In this document: positions 1 through 9,314 of the stretch, piece by piece | Layout: each line of letters begins with the position of its first letter | Numbering within the stretch: the first letter of the stretch is position 1 | Assembly (NCBI GenBank): GCA_964618805.1 | Contig: CAZUBM010000010.1 | Span: 23,945-70,330, forward strand | Reading direction: 5' to 3' | Length of the DNA stretch: 46,386 nt | Source: an uncultured Nitrososphaerota archaeon | Lineage (GTDB): Archaea > Korarchaeota > Korarchaeia > Korarchaeales > Korarchaeaceae | Translations under genes and position numbers: made by a program | The notes under the pieces: model-generated | The model's input: only the letters and a program-made list of their open reading frames with translations | What the model was told of the DNA's origin: nothing | Database searches by the model: none

Positions 1-442
1 TTATTTTTACGTCTAGGGTCTTTTCAAGGGCTCTAGCTACCTCATAACTCGGAACAATCTTTCCAGCTTCGATTTTTGATAGAGTTGACGTTTTTATGTT
101 GATTGCCTTTGCAATATGCTCTATCTTAAGTCCTAACTCCTCCCTTGCCTTTTTGATCCTAGTTCCGAAATCATCGACGAGTTCATACTCCTTAGCCGAT
201 TTCTCAATTGGTTGAGGCTTGGTTCTCACCTTTTTTCTCGTTTTCTCGGTCCTTAGGGATAGTGGTTTAGTTAAGGGTGCCTGAGTTTTTGTCTTTTGGA
301 TCAGCCTCAGTTGTTCTCCCCTGATCCTTCGAGCACAAGCTGGGCAGGTGGTAGCTTGATGACCTGCTATTTCTACCATTATAGGTACTCCGAACAGGGT
401 TCTCCCGCATACCTCGCAAACATAGACTTGTTTTTTGACCAA
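1..442 (-). CDS. mbf1: Multiprotein bridging factor aMBF1 (3' end runs off the window)
   Basis: Manual translation from TTG at 442 gives CEVCG...CPAC (Zn ribbon), then a C-terminal HTH (IAKAINIKTSTLSKIEAGKIVPSYEVARALEKTLDVKI). Not in the ORF track. Confidence 0.9.
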   Translation of the reverse strand, partial: MVKKQVYVCEVCGRTLFGVPIMVEIAGHQATTCPACARRIRGEQLRLIQKTKTQAPLTKPLSLRTEKTRKKVRTKPQPIEKSAKEYELVDDFGTRIKKAREELGLKIEHIAKAINIKTSTLSKIEAGKIVPSYEVARALEKTLDVKI

Positions 443-543
443 CGCTGACCTGTGTTTTCTCTCGCCAGGGCTTTTTGTACTTTTCGGCTACATCATTTCC
501 ATGGGACTTTATAATTGGAATATCATCCTTTCATAGAGTGGAT

Positions 544-1044
544 ATGGAGAGATTGTGGGCAATATGGCGAGTAGCCTATATCAAGATCGCCGGTAAGCAA
601 GAGGGGTGCATCTTCTGCGAGCTCCCTGCAAGCAAGAAGGACGATGAGAATCTGATATTGCTGAGGTCTGAACATGCCTTCCTCATGCTTAACAGGTTTC
701 CTTACAACCCTGGACACCTGATGATCGCGCCTTACAGGCATTTAGGCGATATTGAGGATCTGACACAGGAGGAGGTGCTCGACATCTGGGAGATCCTAAA
801 GTTGTCCATAAAAGCCCTTAAGGAAACGATGTCTCCAGATGGGTTCAACATAGGGATCAACGTAGGAAGGGTGGCTGGAGCTGGTTTCGAAGGACACGTT
901 CACGTGCACATCGTCCCTAGATGGAACGGCGACACGAACTTCATGCCGGTAGTTGCAGAAACAAAGGTAATAAGCGAGTCACTAGAGTCTGTATACAGAG
1001 AACTTAAGGGGGTCATCACGAGAATTCGAGAGGAGAACGCTTAA
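544..1044 (+). CDS. HIT family nucleotide hydrolase
   Basis: HVHVHIV histidine triad, CIFC and NRFPYNPGH. ATG at 544 (MERLWAIWR) is the family-typical start. Confidence 0.93.
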   Translation: MERLWAIWRVAYIKIAGKQEGCIFCELPASKKDDENLILLRSEHAFLMLNRFPYNPGHLMIAPYRHLGDIEDLTQEEVLDIWEILKLSIKALKETMSPDGFNIGINVGRVAGAGFEGHVHVHIVPRWNGDTNFMPVVAETKVISESLESVYRELKGVITRIREENA

Positions 1045-1068
1045 AATACAAAAATAATAATTTTCCGC

Positions 1069-1163
1069 GGGGGCGTGGGGTAGTTTGGTCCAGCCTGAGG
1101 GCTTCGGGAGCCCTTGACGCCGTAGAGGCGGGGGAAACCCGGGTTCAAATCCCGGCGCCCCCA
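1069..1163 (+). tRNA. tRNA-Pro(CGG) with 20-nt intron (1117-1136) in the variable region, position 45/46
   Basis: Acceptor GGGGGCG/CGCCCCC, anticodon arm AGGGC-TT CGG GA-GCCCT, T arm CCGGG TTCAAAT CCCGG. BHB: CCCT/GGGG helix with TGA and AAA bulges. Confidence 0.93.
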
Positions 1164-1213
1164 TCGTTCTCCTACTTATGCTCATAGAGAGACCCTATGT
1201 TAAATAGTGGGAT

Positions 1214-1966
1214 TTACTCCGATTTCAGGTAATTCATGAATCTTACCGCGTCCTCGTACATGTATATGTTGTTGAAGAGGATGTACAAATCCTTAGCCCC
1301 TTCAATGCCCTTGATGAGGCTTAGGAGCTTCTCCAAATCCTCATCTTTGTACTTATATTTGTACATCTCCTTCCCCGGGGGCTTTCCATGCAACCTTATG
1401 TAGCCTATCTTGTAACTCGATAGAGCAGAGGGAAAAGAGCTAAATAGATCAACGCAGTGGGAGAGATCCAATTCTTCGCAGATCCTTTTGATTGTTTCCG
1501 GTTCCTTCAACCAGCTGCTTCCCCTTGGCTCCCACACCATTACGAAGTCATCTCTCTCTATGCTGGAGAAGAACTTTCTCAGCCTGCTTATGCTCTCCTG
1601 AACGTTTCTGAAAGATGCAGGGGTTTGAAACAGGAGTATTTTGGATCTTAGGGCTTTTGCAACTTCCTTTATCCTCTCATATGCTTTTATGGAAGCGTCG
1701 CTCGAAAACTGGTCTTCATGGGTGATCACTCTAGGGGTTTTTACCGTGAATTCAAAAGAGGGGTTGATCTCATCGACCAGAGCTCTCCAATTTTCGACTG
1801 TTTTTACTCTAGGAATCTTGTAGAATGTGCTGTTAACTTCGACAAGCTCAAAAAGGCTGGCATATGCCTGTACTTTGTGCTTGTATTTCTCCTTCCAATC
1901 AGATAGGTTCAGAGCTCTATTAGGATTGAAGTAAGACCATCCACAGCACCCGACCTTTATCATCAT
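1214..1966 (-). CDS. DUF72 (YecE-like) TIM-barrel protein
   Basis: Motifs VGCCGW, VEVNSTFY, FTVK, LFQTPASF, YIRLHG and YILFNN. Confidence 0.9.
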   Translation of the reverse strand: MMIKVGCCGWSYFNPNRALNLSDWKEKYKHKVQAYASLFELVEVNSTFYKIPRVKTVENWRALVDEINPSFEFTVKTPRVITHEDQFSSDASIKAYERIKEVAKALRSKILLFQTPASFRNVQESISRLRKFFSSIERDDFVMVWEPRGSSWLKEPETIKRICEELDLSHCVDLFSSFPSALSSYKIGYIRLHGKPPGKEMYKYKYKDEDLEKLLSLIKGIEGAKDLYILFNNIYMYEDAVRFMNYLKSE

Positions 1967-2017
1967 GCAATGCTTCTCGTCCTTGCTAATAAGTAATGTT
2001 AGGGTAACTATGGGTAA

Positions 2018-2067
2018 TCAGCAGAGGGGTGGTTCATCACCGGGTCAGCTATCCCCTCCCTCATCAT
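2018..2067 (-). ncRNA. Box C/D 2'-O-methylation guide sRNA
   Basis: Minus strand reads ATGATGA (C) - GGGAGGGGATAG (12 nt) - CTGA (D') - CCCG - GTGATGA (C') - ACCACCCCTCTG (12 nt) - CTGA (D). All four boxes match consensus with 12-nt spacers. Confidence 0.9.
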
Positions 2068-2101
2068 AACAACTTAATCTATCTCCATAGAAGATCACAA
2101 A

Positions 2102-2189
2102 AGCCCCGGGCGGGACTCGAACCCGCGACCTGCCGCTCTCTAGGCAATAGCGTACGAGGCGGCCGCTCTGCCAACTGAGCTACCGGGGC
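2102..2189 (-). tRNA. tRNA-Thr(CGT) with 15-nt intron at 37/38 (2138-2152)
   Basis: Acceptor GCCCCGG/CCGGGGC, GCCGC-CT CGT A[intron]A-GCGGC, T loop TTCGAGT. Confidence 0.93.
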
Positions 2190-2248
2190 ACCTATCTTGC
2201 TTTCTTAATTGGAGTCGATGCCTCTATAAATTTTCCGTGTGTAGTATC

Positions 2249-2785
2249 ATGAGACTTATGAAAAAACATGATCTTTTGCTGGTGGCACTTACAATAGCGC
2301 TCGGAGATCCAGAGATAGCAGAAGCTTTGATCAAGGCATTTAGTAAGGGAGAAGTAGAAACCACGGAGCTCATAGAATTGCTAGAGATGAACCCCGCAGA
2401 CGTCAGGAGGATACTATACAGACTTCACGATCTCAACTTGGCTTTTCAGATAGTTAGGAAGGGGAAAGAAGGGGAAAGATTGGTTTTCTGGGTTCTAAAC
2501 GAGAAAATTGCACCTTCTTTCGTTGAAAAGAGGCTAGAAAGGACTAAAAAGATCCTAGAAGAGGAAATTAGAGTTGAGGAGGGAGGAGAATACTATGTTT
2601 GTGCTGCTGATCCATCTCATATCAAAATATCCTTTGAAGAAGTTGCTTTTAGATCAGAAACTGATTTCCTATGTCCAGTCTGCGGGGCATCTCTGGTTCC
2701 CCTTGACAGAGAAAAAGCATTAGAAAAGATAAAGGAGGCAATTCGATTAATTGATGGATTATTGAAGGAGATTAAGCATGCTTGA
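2249..2785 (+). CDS. tfe: Transcription factor E (TFIIE alpha homolog)
   Basis: N-terminal winged helix (VRRILYRLHD) and Zn ribbon (YYVC...H...FLCPVCG). Start codon uncertain (2237/2249/2258). Confidence 0.88.
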   Translation: MRLMKKHDLLLVALTIALGDPEIAEALIKAFSKGEVETTELIELLEMNPADVRRILYRLHDLNLAFQIVRKGKEGERLVFWVLNEKIAPSFVEKRLERTKKILEEEIRVEEGGEYYVCAADPSHIKISFEEVAFRSETDFLCPVCGASLVPLDREKALEKIKEAIRLIDGLLKEIKHA

Positions 2786-3539
2786 GCTTATTTTGGCTGA
2801 GAAAATTTATGGAAGAAATCCTATGCAAAAACTCGAGCTTTTTGGCCGCGAGGTTATGAGGCATATCCAGGATCTAGATATAGATGTTGTAGATTTTGAA
2901 ATCTCTAATGGATGGGTAAAGACCGCAATTAGTGGACAAGACGAGGTTGCTGCAGCAAATTTCATTAAGAGGGTGTATGGAGAGGTGAAGAGTCTTTATG
3001 AAGTCTCTCTTGGGGGTGTTCTTAAAGGATTCGCCAAAGATGTCGGGAAAGTTGGTTATGGGCTATACATAGATGCTTTTGTTGAGGAAAAGGATGCATT
3101 GATCCCGCTTTACTCATTAAGAAGTTCTTTGGTAGCTGGTAAGAAGCTGCCCTTAAGAACTATCGTAAAATACTTTGGAATAGTGGAAAATATGCCATTA
3201 GAGTTCACAGTCCGTAAGATAGAAGATCAAAAGATAGAAGGAGTCTTATCTCCATCTCAGGTGGAGGATTTCATGGAATTAATGAGAAAGGGGTTAGATG
3301 TCCTAATCGTATCTGGAGCAGTGAGGGAAGAGATAGAGGAAGCGTTAACGAGATCAGGTCATATGATAGACGTTATGAAAATGGAAAGGCTCTCTTTTTT
3401 ATGCCATAGATTAATTTGTAAGGAAGATACCATGGCTCTGGGTCTAATTCCTGAATTGGGGCCCTTCCTGAGTGAAAGTTCGTTTGGGGTATTCTCGCCT
3501 AAAAGGATAATAAAGAGTTTAAAAATAGGATCCGACTAA
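2778..3539 (+). CDS. DUF2110 family protein
   Basis: GKVGYGLYID motif; this family is commonly found right after tfe in archaea. Confidence 0.75.
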   Translation: MLELILAEKIYGRNPMQKLELFGREVMRHIQDLDIDVVDFEISNGWVKTAISGQDEVAAANFIKRVYGEVKSLYEVSLGGVLKGFAKDVGKVGYGLYIDAFVEEKDALIPLYSLRSSLVAGKKLPLRTIVKYFGIVENMPLEFTVRKIEDQKIEGVLSPSQVEDFMELMRKGLDVLIVSGAVREEIEEALTRSGHMIDVMKMERLSFLCHRLICKEDTMALGLIPELGPFLSESSFGVFSPKRIIKSLKIGSD

Positions 3540-4330
3540 GTTCAGCCTGCCGGGGTATGCCTGAAAACCCATAGCTAACAGTTCCTTCTGTTTAGTATAA
3601 CAGTCTGATGTCCTATACCCCACAACTGAAAACACGTGCAAAGAAAATCTCTTCCATCTACATATACATCATCCACTACGCTTTCAAATGAGATGATCAA
3701 ACCAACTTCATCCCTATCTTTATGCCTGTTGTGTACTAATGCATAATAATGGGCACCCAACTTGTCCGCAGCGCATACTACAGGAAATCCTGCGATTAAT
3801 TCCCTATGGCCTCCACCCTTACTATCTTCGATTCACATGGACGGCCTAATATCTTCTGTACTTAAATCTGGTTTATTAAACAAATCTCTTAAGCATCCGC
3901 GTACCGCGTAAATTGTTTAACTCAAACCTCCAAAACCCTCACTCCCCCCTTATACCGTTTTCAATAATTTTTGTTTAACTTTCTCAGCTTCACGAGCGCA
4001 TAAATTTCCGATTCTTCCGATAAATTTAGATTGTGAAAATCCAAAAAACTTTAGGAGGAGAAGCCTATATCTTTTGACTAATCCTAGTTATGAACCTCAT
4101 CATTGAATGAATTCAAGAAGGTTGAACCCATGATGAGGAATCTCTTGCATTAGATCCCCATAGAAAAGGTTAGAATTCTTACATTTATCATAGAAATAAC
4201 ACTAGCTTTTGAATATAGTTGATAAGTTAAGCGAGTTGCTCTAACTACCTGCTGTAGCGTTAGATTTCTTTATAGTTAATCTTAGTGGCGAAAGCTTATA
4301 GCTCAGGAGTCTAAGATGTTTAGGGGGAGA

Positions 4331-4462
4331 ATGAAGATGAAGAGATATTGGGTTATAGCGGCCTACGATTCTACTAAGACTGAGATATTCGAAAAGGTTT
4401 GGGAATATGATTTAAGGAATGGAACAATAGACATCGGCCGAAAAAATAATCTTAATACATAA
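4331..4462 (+). pseudogene. Truncated N-terminal fragment of a restriction-type protein
   Basis: 43-codon ORF MKMKRYWVIAAYDSTKTEIFEKVWEYDLRNGTIDIG after a purine-rich RBS. Resembles the 'YW...W...G.IAIGW' N-terminal modules of modification-dependent nucleases and breaks off at about 4440. Confidence 0.4.
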
Positions 4463-4837
4463 TCCTATAAATTTTATCCAGGTCTATATACTCTCTTGCC
4501 TTTTTTGAAACATCTCTTATTGTTTTTTCCAAATATCAAAAGGAACTTTTGGTGAAGGTATAAGAGGGTCTAAGTCTGGAAGTTCTGCTAACTTTGAAAG
4601 ATAGGGAATAACTCCCAAAATATCCTTTCCAATCTTTTCTTGATAAACTGATTTGATCCTCTTTATTCCAAGTTTTATGTATTTTTCCTTTATTCCCATA
4701 GCTAAAAAATCATCAATCCTAAATTTGTTTAGTATTACACCTTTCACTCTTTCCCTTTCATCTTCTTCTAGATAAGATAACGCTCCTGGAACTGAATCTA
4801 AATTGTCAGTAACCAAAAGGACAGGAGCGCGCGCTAA
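4452..4837 (-). pseudogene. 3' fragment of a cobyric acid synthase (CobQ)-like gene, frameshifted
   Basis: APVLLV...VKGVILNKFR...ILGVIPY. After a frameshift in the A6 run near 4525 the frame continues TIRDVSKKAREYIDLDKIYRIMY*. The N-terminus is missing. Confidence 0.6.
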
Positions 4838-4840
4838 GTA

Positions 4841-4980
4841 GGAAATATAGATATTTTGGCAAGGCAAGCACAAACTCCTACGTAGTCATAGAATTGAAGA
4901 AGGGTCGTGAGTCTGATATAGAGTAATAGGTCAAATCCTTAGGTATATGGGCTGGGTAAACGAAAACCTTTGTAAAGCAG
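4841..4980 (+). pseudogene. Frameshifted PD-(D/E)xK (NucS/DUF91-like) endonuclease fragment
   Basis: Across two frameshifts it reads GNIDILAR / SYVVIELKKGRESD / VIGQILRYMGWVNENL. Confidence 0.7.
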
Positions 4981-5277
4981 AGCATAGAAAAGATAGAGCA
5001 ATATGTCCATGAAATGGCAAGGAACAATTTCTGGAGGCAGCAAAACCCAAGACGCGGTAATTAGGAGGCTTGAGATAATTGGAGAATATGTTAAGGGCAT
5101 ACCTGAGGGCTTCAGGAGGAAGCATCAAAACATCCCTTGGAGGGAGGTTGCTGGATGAGAAATGTGCTCATCCACGCTTACTTCGGAGTAGACTTGAAAA
5201 GGGTTTGGGCCGTTGTGAAGAAGGATTTGCCCAAGCTTAAGGAGAATATCTCTAAGATCTTGGAAGATATGAGGTAA
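4981..5277 (+). pseudogene. DUF86/HepT-like HEPN ribonuclease pseudogene
   Basis: DAVIRRLEIIGE...IPWREVAG, a frameshift, then [13 protein letters not shown]...VW (RxxxxH motif). The start is missing. Confidence 0.8.
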
Positions 5278-5336
5278 AGCTTCTTATCATAAATTGGTTT
5301 ACGCATTAAATTTAATCCCAAGCATATATTCATGAG

Positions 5337-5783
5337 ATGGAAGGGATAGAGATCCTGTTAAAAGAGCTTGAAGGGATTATAGAAAGGGGTTTACCTGAAG
5401 AAATCATCGAAGAGAAGCTCTGCAAGATAAGCACGAGTGATGTGAGAATAGAGGGCTTAGATAGTGGTTATCTGAAGTTAAAGTTCAAACCAGATGCTCT
5501 GGCATTGGTGGGGTGGCTCCTAACATCTCCTCCCCTAAGGGAAGAATGGAAGGAACTTAAGATAATAAGATGGGACGATAGAAACCGCTCAAGGCTTGAG
5601 AAAATAGCCTCCAAGCACTGTCTGAGGATTTATCCTGTTGAGAGAGGGGCTTTTGAATTAATGAATGAAGGGGGTTTGCTTGCCAGATTGGACGAATATG
5701 GGCGCATTTCTATCTTACTTAATTATCGGGGTTATGGGAAGCTTCTGAGAGACCTTGCCGAACTTTATGGAATTGATCCGTGA
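5337..5783 (+). CDS. Hypothetical protein
   Basis: 148-aa ORF with host-like composition and an AT-rich promoter-like stretch upstream; no recognisable motif. Confidence 0.65.
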   Translation: MEGIEILLKELEGIIERGLPEEIIEEKLCKISTSDVRIEGLDSGYLKLKFKPDALALVGWLLTSPPLREEWKELKIIRWDDRNRSRLEKIASKHCLRIYPVERGAFELMNEGGLLARLDEYGRISILLNYRGYGKLLRDLAELYGIDP

Positions 5784-5888
5784 CCTATTCTAGGATTCAG
5801 TTCAGCCCTATGTGTAAATTAGTCAACAAAGTTTTAATTTCCAATCCCACAATCATTCTGGAAGGTTAGATGAGCTAGTATATCCTTT

Positions 5889-5993
5889 GCCGGGGTGCCC
5901 TAGTCCGGTAGGGGGCGGGCCTGGAGTCTGTGGTCGGCAGAAAGCCCGTGGCCCATTCGGGCCGCGTGGGTTCGAATCCCACCCCCGGCGCCA
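5889..5993 (+). tRNA. tRNA-Ser(GGA) with 16-nt intron at 37/38 (5927-5942), encoded CCA
   Basis: GCCGGGG/CCCCGGC-G-CCA, CGGGC-CT GGA G[intron]A-GCCCG, long variable arm. Confidence 0.93.
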
Positions 5994-6049
5994 TAATAAT
6001 TAAATTACACTTATGATGGAAAGGTGAAGTAGGTAGGTGGAGGAATACT

Positions 6050-6499
6050 TTGGAGCAGGAGGTCAAGAGAATCGTAAGGTTGGCTAGAACTTCGCTAGAC
6101 GGAACTAAGCCAGCACTAGCCGCCCTTCTGGATATAAGGGGTGTTGGCCTATCCCTTGTCCATGCAGTGTTAAGGATAGCAGGAATAGATCCTTTTAGAA
6201 GAATAGGAGAAATAGAGGATGAGAAGCTTTCACAAATAGAGGATATTTTAATGAATCCTGCAAGGTACGGGATCTCTTGGTGGATGCTAAACAGGCAAAG
6301 AGACTACGAGACCGGTGAGAGCCTTCACTTCCTAGGAGATGAAATTAGACTTGTTGTTGAGAAGGACATAAAGAGAATGAAAGCAATTAGAAGCTGGAAG
6401 GGCATAAGACACCATCTGGGGCTTAAGGTTAGGGGTCAAAGGACAAAAACTACTGGAAGGACAGGTAGAACAATAGGCTATAAGAGGAAGAAGAGGTAA
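6050..6499 (+). CDS. rps13: 30S ribosomal protein S13 (uS13)
   Basis: IVRLARTSLDG and SWKGIRHHLGLKVRGQRTKTTGR. Confidence 0.97.
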   Translation: MEQEVKRIVRLARTSLDGTKPALAALLDIRGVGLSLVHAVLRIAGIDPFRRIGEIEDEKLSQIEDILMNPARYGISWWMLNRQRDYETGESLHFLGDEIRLVVEKDIKRMKAIRSWKGIRHHLGLKVRGQRTKTTGRTGRTIGYKRKKR

Positions 6500-6504
6500 T
6501 AGAG

Positions 6505-7038
6505 ATGGGAGATCCTAAAAAACCTAGGAAGAAATATGAACGCCCTCGAAAGCCTTGGGATAGACGTGTACTAGAGGAATCAGCTAGGCTTGCTGGATTG
6601 TATGGATTAAGGAACAAAAGAGAGCTTTGGAGAGCAGCATACATAGCAAGGAAATACAGAAGAATAGCTAGAAAATTGCTCGAGCTTCCTAAAGAGCAGA
6701 GAGCCAAAGCTGAGAGCATCATAATAGGAAAGCTTCAGAGAATGGGGGTGCTGGGAGAAGGCGCTATGTTGGATGATGTCTTAGATCTTTCCACAGAGAG
6801 CGTGTTAGAAAGGAGGTTACAAACACTAGTGTGGAGGAAAGGTTTTGCCAAATCGCCCTATATGGCAAGACAATTGATCGTTCACGGAAAAGTAAGGGTA
6901 GCTGGCAGGAGGATAAGGCAACCTGGTTATCTTGTACCAGTTGAAGAGGAAGGCCTCATTGAGTGTTTAATTGAAGTTCCACAGCCAGAGAAATCTTCTG
7001 AGACTTCTGAGTCTCAAGCAGTCAATGAAGCTGCATGA
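6505..7038 (+). CDS. rps4: 30S ribosomal protein S4 (uS4)
   Basis: MGDPKKPRKKY, YGLRNKRELW, LERRLQT and ARQLIVHG. Confidence 0.97.
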   Translation: MGDPKKPRKKYERPRKPWDRRVLEESARLAGLYGLRNKRELWRAAYIARKYRRIARKLLELPKEQRAKAESIIIGKLQRMGVLGEGAMLDDVLDLSTESVLERRLQTLVWRKGFAKSPYMARQLIVHGKVRVAGRRIRQPGYLVPVEEEGLIECLIEVPQPEKSSETSESQAVNEAA

Positions 7039-7047
7039 GGTGTTGAT

Positions 7048-7452
7048 ATGTCTCCTAGAAGGAGTAGTAAGGAAAGGATAGGAATTGCTCACGTTTATTC
7101 ATCTTTTAACGATACTATAGTTCACATCACCGATATTACCGGCGCTGAAACCATTGCCATATATAGTGGAGGAATGTTCGTCGATGCTGACAGGCTTGAA
7201 GGTTCCCCCTATGCAGCCCTGAAAGCTGCGATGGCTGCAGCTAGAGATGCCAAGAGAAAGGGCATTACTCAAGTAATAGCGAAGGTCAGAGCTCCTGGAG
7301 GCATTAGAAGTAGAATTCCTGGGCCAGGAGCAACAGCAGCGATAAGAGGACTATCTAGGGCTGGTCTACTTATTTTAAGAGTGGAGGATGTTACTCCAAT
7401 TCCCCATGATGGAACCAGGCGTCCTCATGGAAGAAGGGGTAGGAGGGTCTAA
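7048..7452 (+). CDS. rps11: 30S ribosomal protein S11 (uS11)
   Basis: [15 protein letters not shown] and [12 protein letters not shown]. Confidence 0.97.
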   Translation: MSPRRSSKERIGIAHVYSSFNDTIVHITDITGAETIAIYSGGMFVDADRLEGSPYAALKAAMAAARDAKRKGITQVIAKVRAPGGIRSRIPGPGATAAIRGLSRAGLLILRVEDVTPIPHDGTRRPHGRRGRRV

Positions 7453-7494
7453 GTAGTACTTTATATTCCACCTCGCTATTGAGTAAAGATAGGG

Positions 7495-8415
7495 TTGATA
7501 ACCTCACCTAAGAACCTTGGAGATCTCATGCTTAACTGGTATCAGAAGCAGCTTGGTAGTAGAGCTGAGCTTTCAAGACCAGGCGACGATGAATATTCTG
7601 TTTATATTCATATTGATGATTTTAAAGGTGGTAGAGAAGTTCTGGCGATATTTCTAGTTCCAGAGACCGTTGATGAGTTCATTGAAGCTCTTAAAAACAA
7701 AATTAAGTATTTAATGGAGAAAGAGATCTTCGTCGATTACATCGACGTTTGGATACCCCATGATTTGGTTAGCAAATTAGAGGATGTTGTTGAGAGCCTA
7801 AACGAGGAAAATAAAGATTTTCCTATAATCAGGCTTAGAGATTCAAGTCAGTTGAGCATTCCAATTTCTGTGATGGAAGATATAATATCAAGACCTAAGA
7901 TCTTGGAAGCGTCCTCTTTTCTATCAAAATCTTCAAAGAGACATAAATCTAGATTTTTAGAAGATAAGAAACCAGCTTTACAACGAGAAAAGAGGGCCTC
8001 TGTAGCTCAGGTTACGGAGGAAAGATTAGAAGAAATTCTTGAAAGGGTTATAAGGAGAGTAGAAGGGGAGAGAAGGATTAATAATGTGGAGAGGACTGTC
8101 GACGAGTTGCAAAGGAGAATCTCCTTACTAGAGGAAATTATAAAGTTCCTCATATCTTCAAGAAGCTCCTTACCACAACCAACTTTAGAATCATCCCCCG
8201 TTCTTTCTGAACAGAAGGCTATCGAAAAGAAAGTGGTGAAAGAGCCTGTTAAGCTTGAATCTAAACAGAAAAGGGAATTTAGGCCAGAGCCAAGGGAATT
8301 AAGGCCAAAGAAGTACTCATTGGATCTCATTGATGAATTTGTGAAAGATAATCCTTGGGCCGAGGTTTTAAAGGAAAGACGTAGGAAAGAGGAGGATGAA
8401 AAAACCAAATCTTGA
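7495..8415 (+). CDS. Hypothetical protein with coiled-coil segment and C-terminal DNPWAEVL motif
   Basis: 306-aa co-directional ORF with charged heptad-like region VERTVDELQRRISLLEEIIKFL. Confidence 0.75.
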   Translation: MITSPKNLGDLMLNWYQKQLGSRAELSRPGDDEYSVYIHIDDFKGGREVLAIFLVPETVDEFIEALKNKIKYLMEKEIFVDYIDVWIPHDLVSKLEDVVESLNEENKDFPIIRLRDSSQLSIPISVMEDIISRPKILEASSFLSKSSKRHKSRFLEDKKPALQREKRASVAQVTEERLEEILERVIRRVEGERRINNVERTVDELQRRISLLEEIIKFLISSRSSLPQPTLESSPVLSEQKAIEKKVVKEPVKLESKQKREFRPEPRELRPKKYSLDLIDEFVKDNPWAEVLKERRRKEEDEKTKS

Positions 8416-8476
8416 GTGATGGGAAATATTATAGCCTAAAATTACCTGCCCCATATCGTCGTTCGATGGGAGTGTC

Positions 8477-9271
8477 ATGATTATGAAATGCAAAGTACTG
8501 GAGTATAGACCTGATTTTGTCAGATTGCTACTAGAGGATACTAAACCAGCCTTCGCTAATGCCTATAGGAGAATCTTACAATCTGAAGTTCCGATCCTAG
8601 CGATAGATGAGGTAATATTTCTTGCAAACACTACTGCATTCTTCGATGAGTATATAGCACACAGGCTTGCCTTAATTCCCATAAGAACTCCGCGTAAAGT
8701 GCTGGACTTTGGTGAAGATTTCTCGGTCAGACTGAAGCTTGACGTAACCGCTCAGGAAGAGCAAACAACGGTCTATTCTCGGGAGTTAGAGAGCTCCGAT
8801 CCTGAAGTATATCCAGCCAATCCAAACATTCCAATCATCGTCATGAATAAAGGGGAAAGACTTTCGTTGGAAGCTATAGCAAGGATTGGAAGGGGAAAGG
8901 AGCATGTGAAGTGGCAGCCAGTGGTAGCGCTTGGATACAGGTATTATCCTATTTACATTTTTGATCCTCTGAAATGTCCTGAAGCCAAAGAGCTTGCAGA
9001 CAAAGTTAATGCAGAGATGGTCAAGGAAAACGGTATGTTACGGGTTTTGGATGCACCATACCATCCTATGCTTGAAAAGGTTCTCAGAAGATGTTCCATA
9101 GATTTAGGAGAACAAGCTGTTAGGATAGAATACGACGACAGCAGGATTATCATAAAATTTGAATCGTCCGGTGCACTTGATTGCGATGAAATCCTCCTTC
9201 TTGCGGTCGAGGAACTCATAAAGAAGCTAGAAATTTTTGAAGATTCTGTTAGAGCCGTTAGCAAATCTTAA
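8477..9271 (+). CDS. rpoD: RNA polymerase subunit D (Rpo3)
   Basis: FANAYRRILQSEVP, DEYIAHRLALIP and GRGKEHVKWQP. Confidence 0.96.
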   Translation: MIMKCKVLEYRPDFVRLLLEDTKPAFANAYRRILQSEVPILAIDEVIFLANTTAFFDEYIAHRLALIPIRTPRKVLDFGEDFSVRLKLDVTAQEEQTTVYSRELESSDPEVYPANPNIPIIVMNKGERLSLEAIARIGRGKEHVKWQPVVALGYRYYPIYIFDPLKCPEAKELADKVNAEMVKENGMLRVLDAPYHPMLEKVLRRCSIDLGEQAVRIEYDDSRIIIKFESSGALDCDEILLLAVEELIKKLEIFEDSVRAVSKS

Positions 9272-9314
9272 CTCTAAAGTTTATAATTCTGTTCTGACAT
9301 CCCTACGTTATTGA

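Noticed and set aside
4095-4138. Inverted repeat CCTCATCAT...ATGATGAGG with C-box-like words
   Set aside because: No D boxes, short arms, and it lies in decayed AT-rich sequence.
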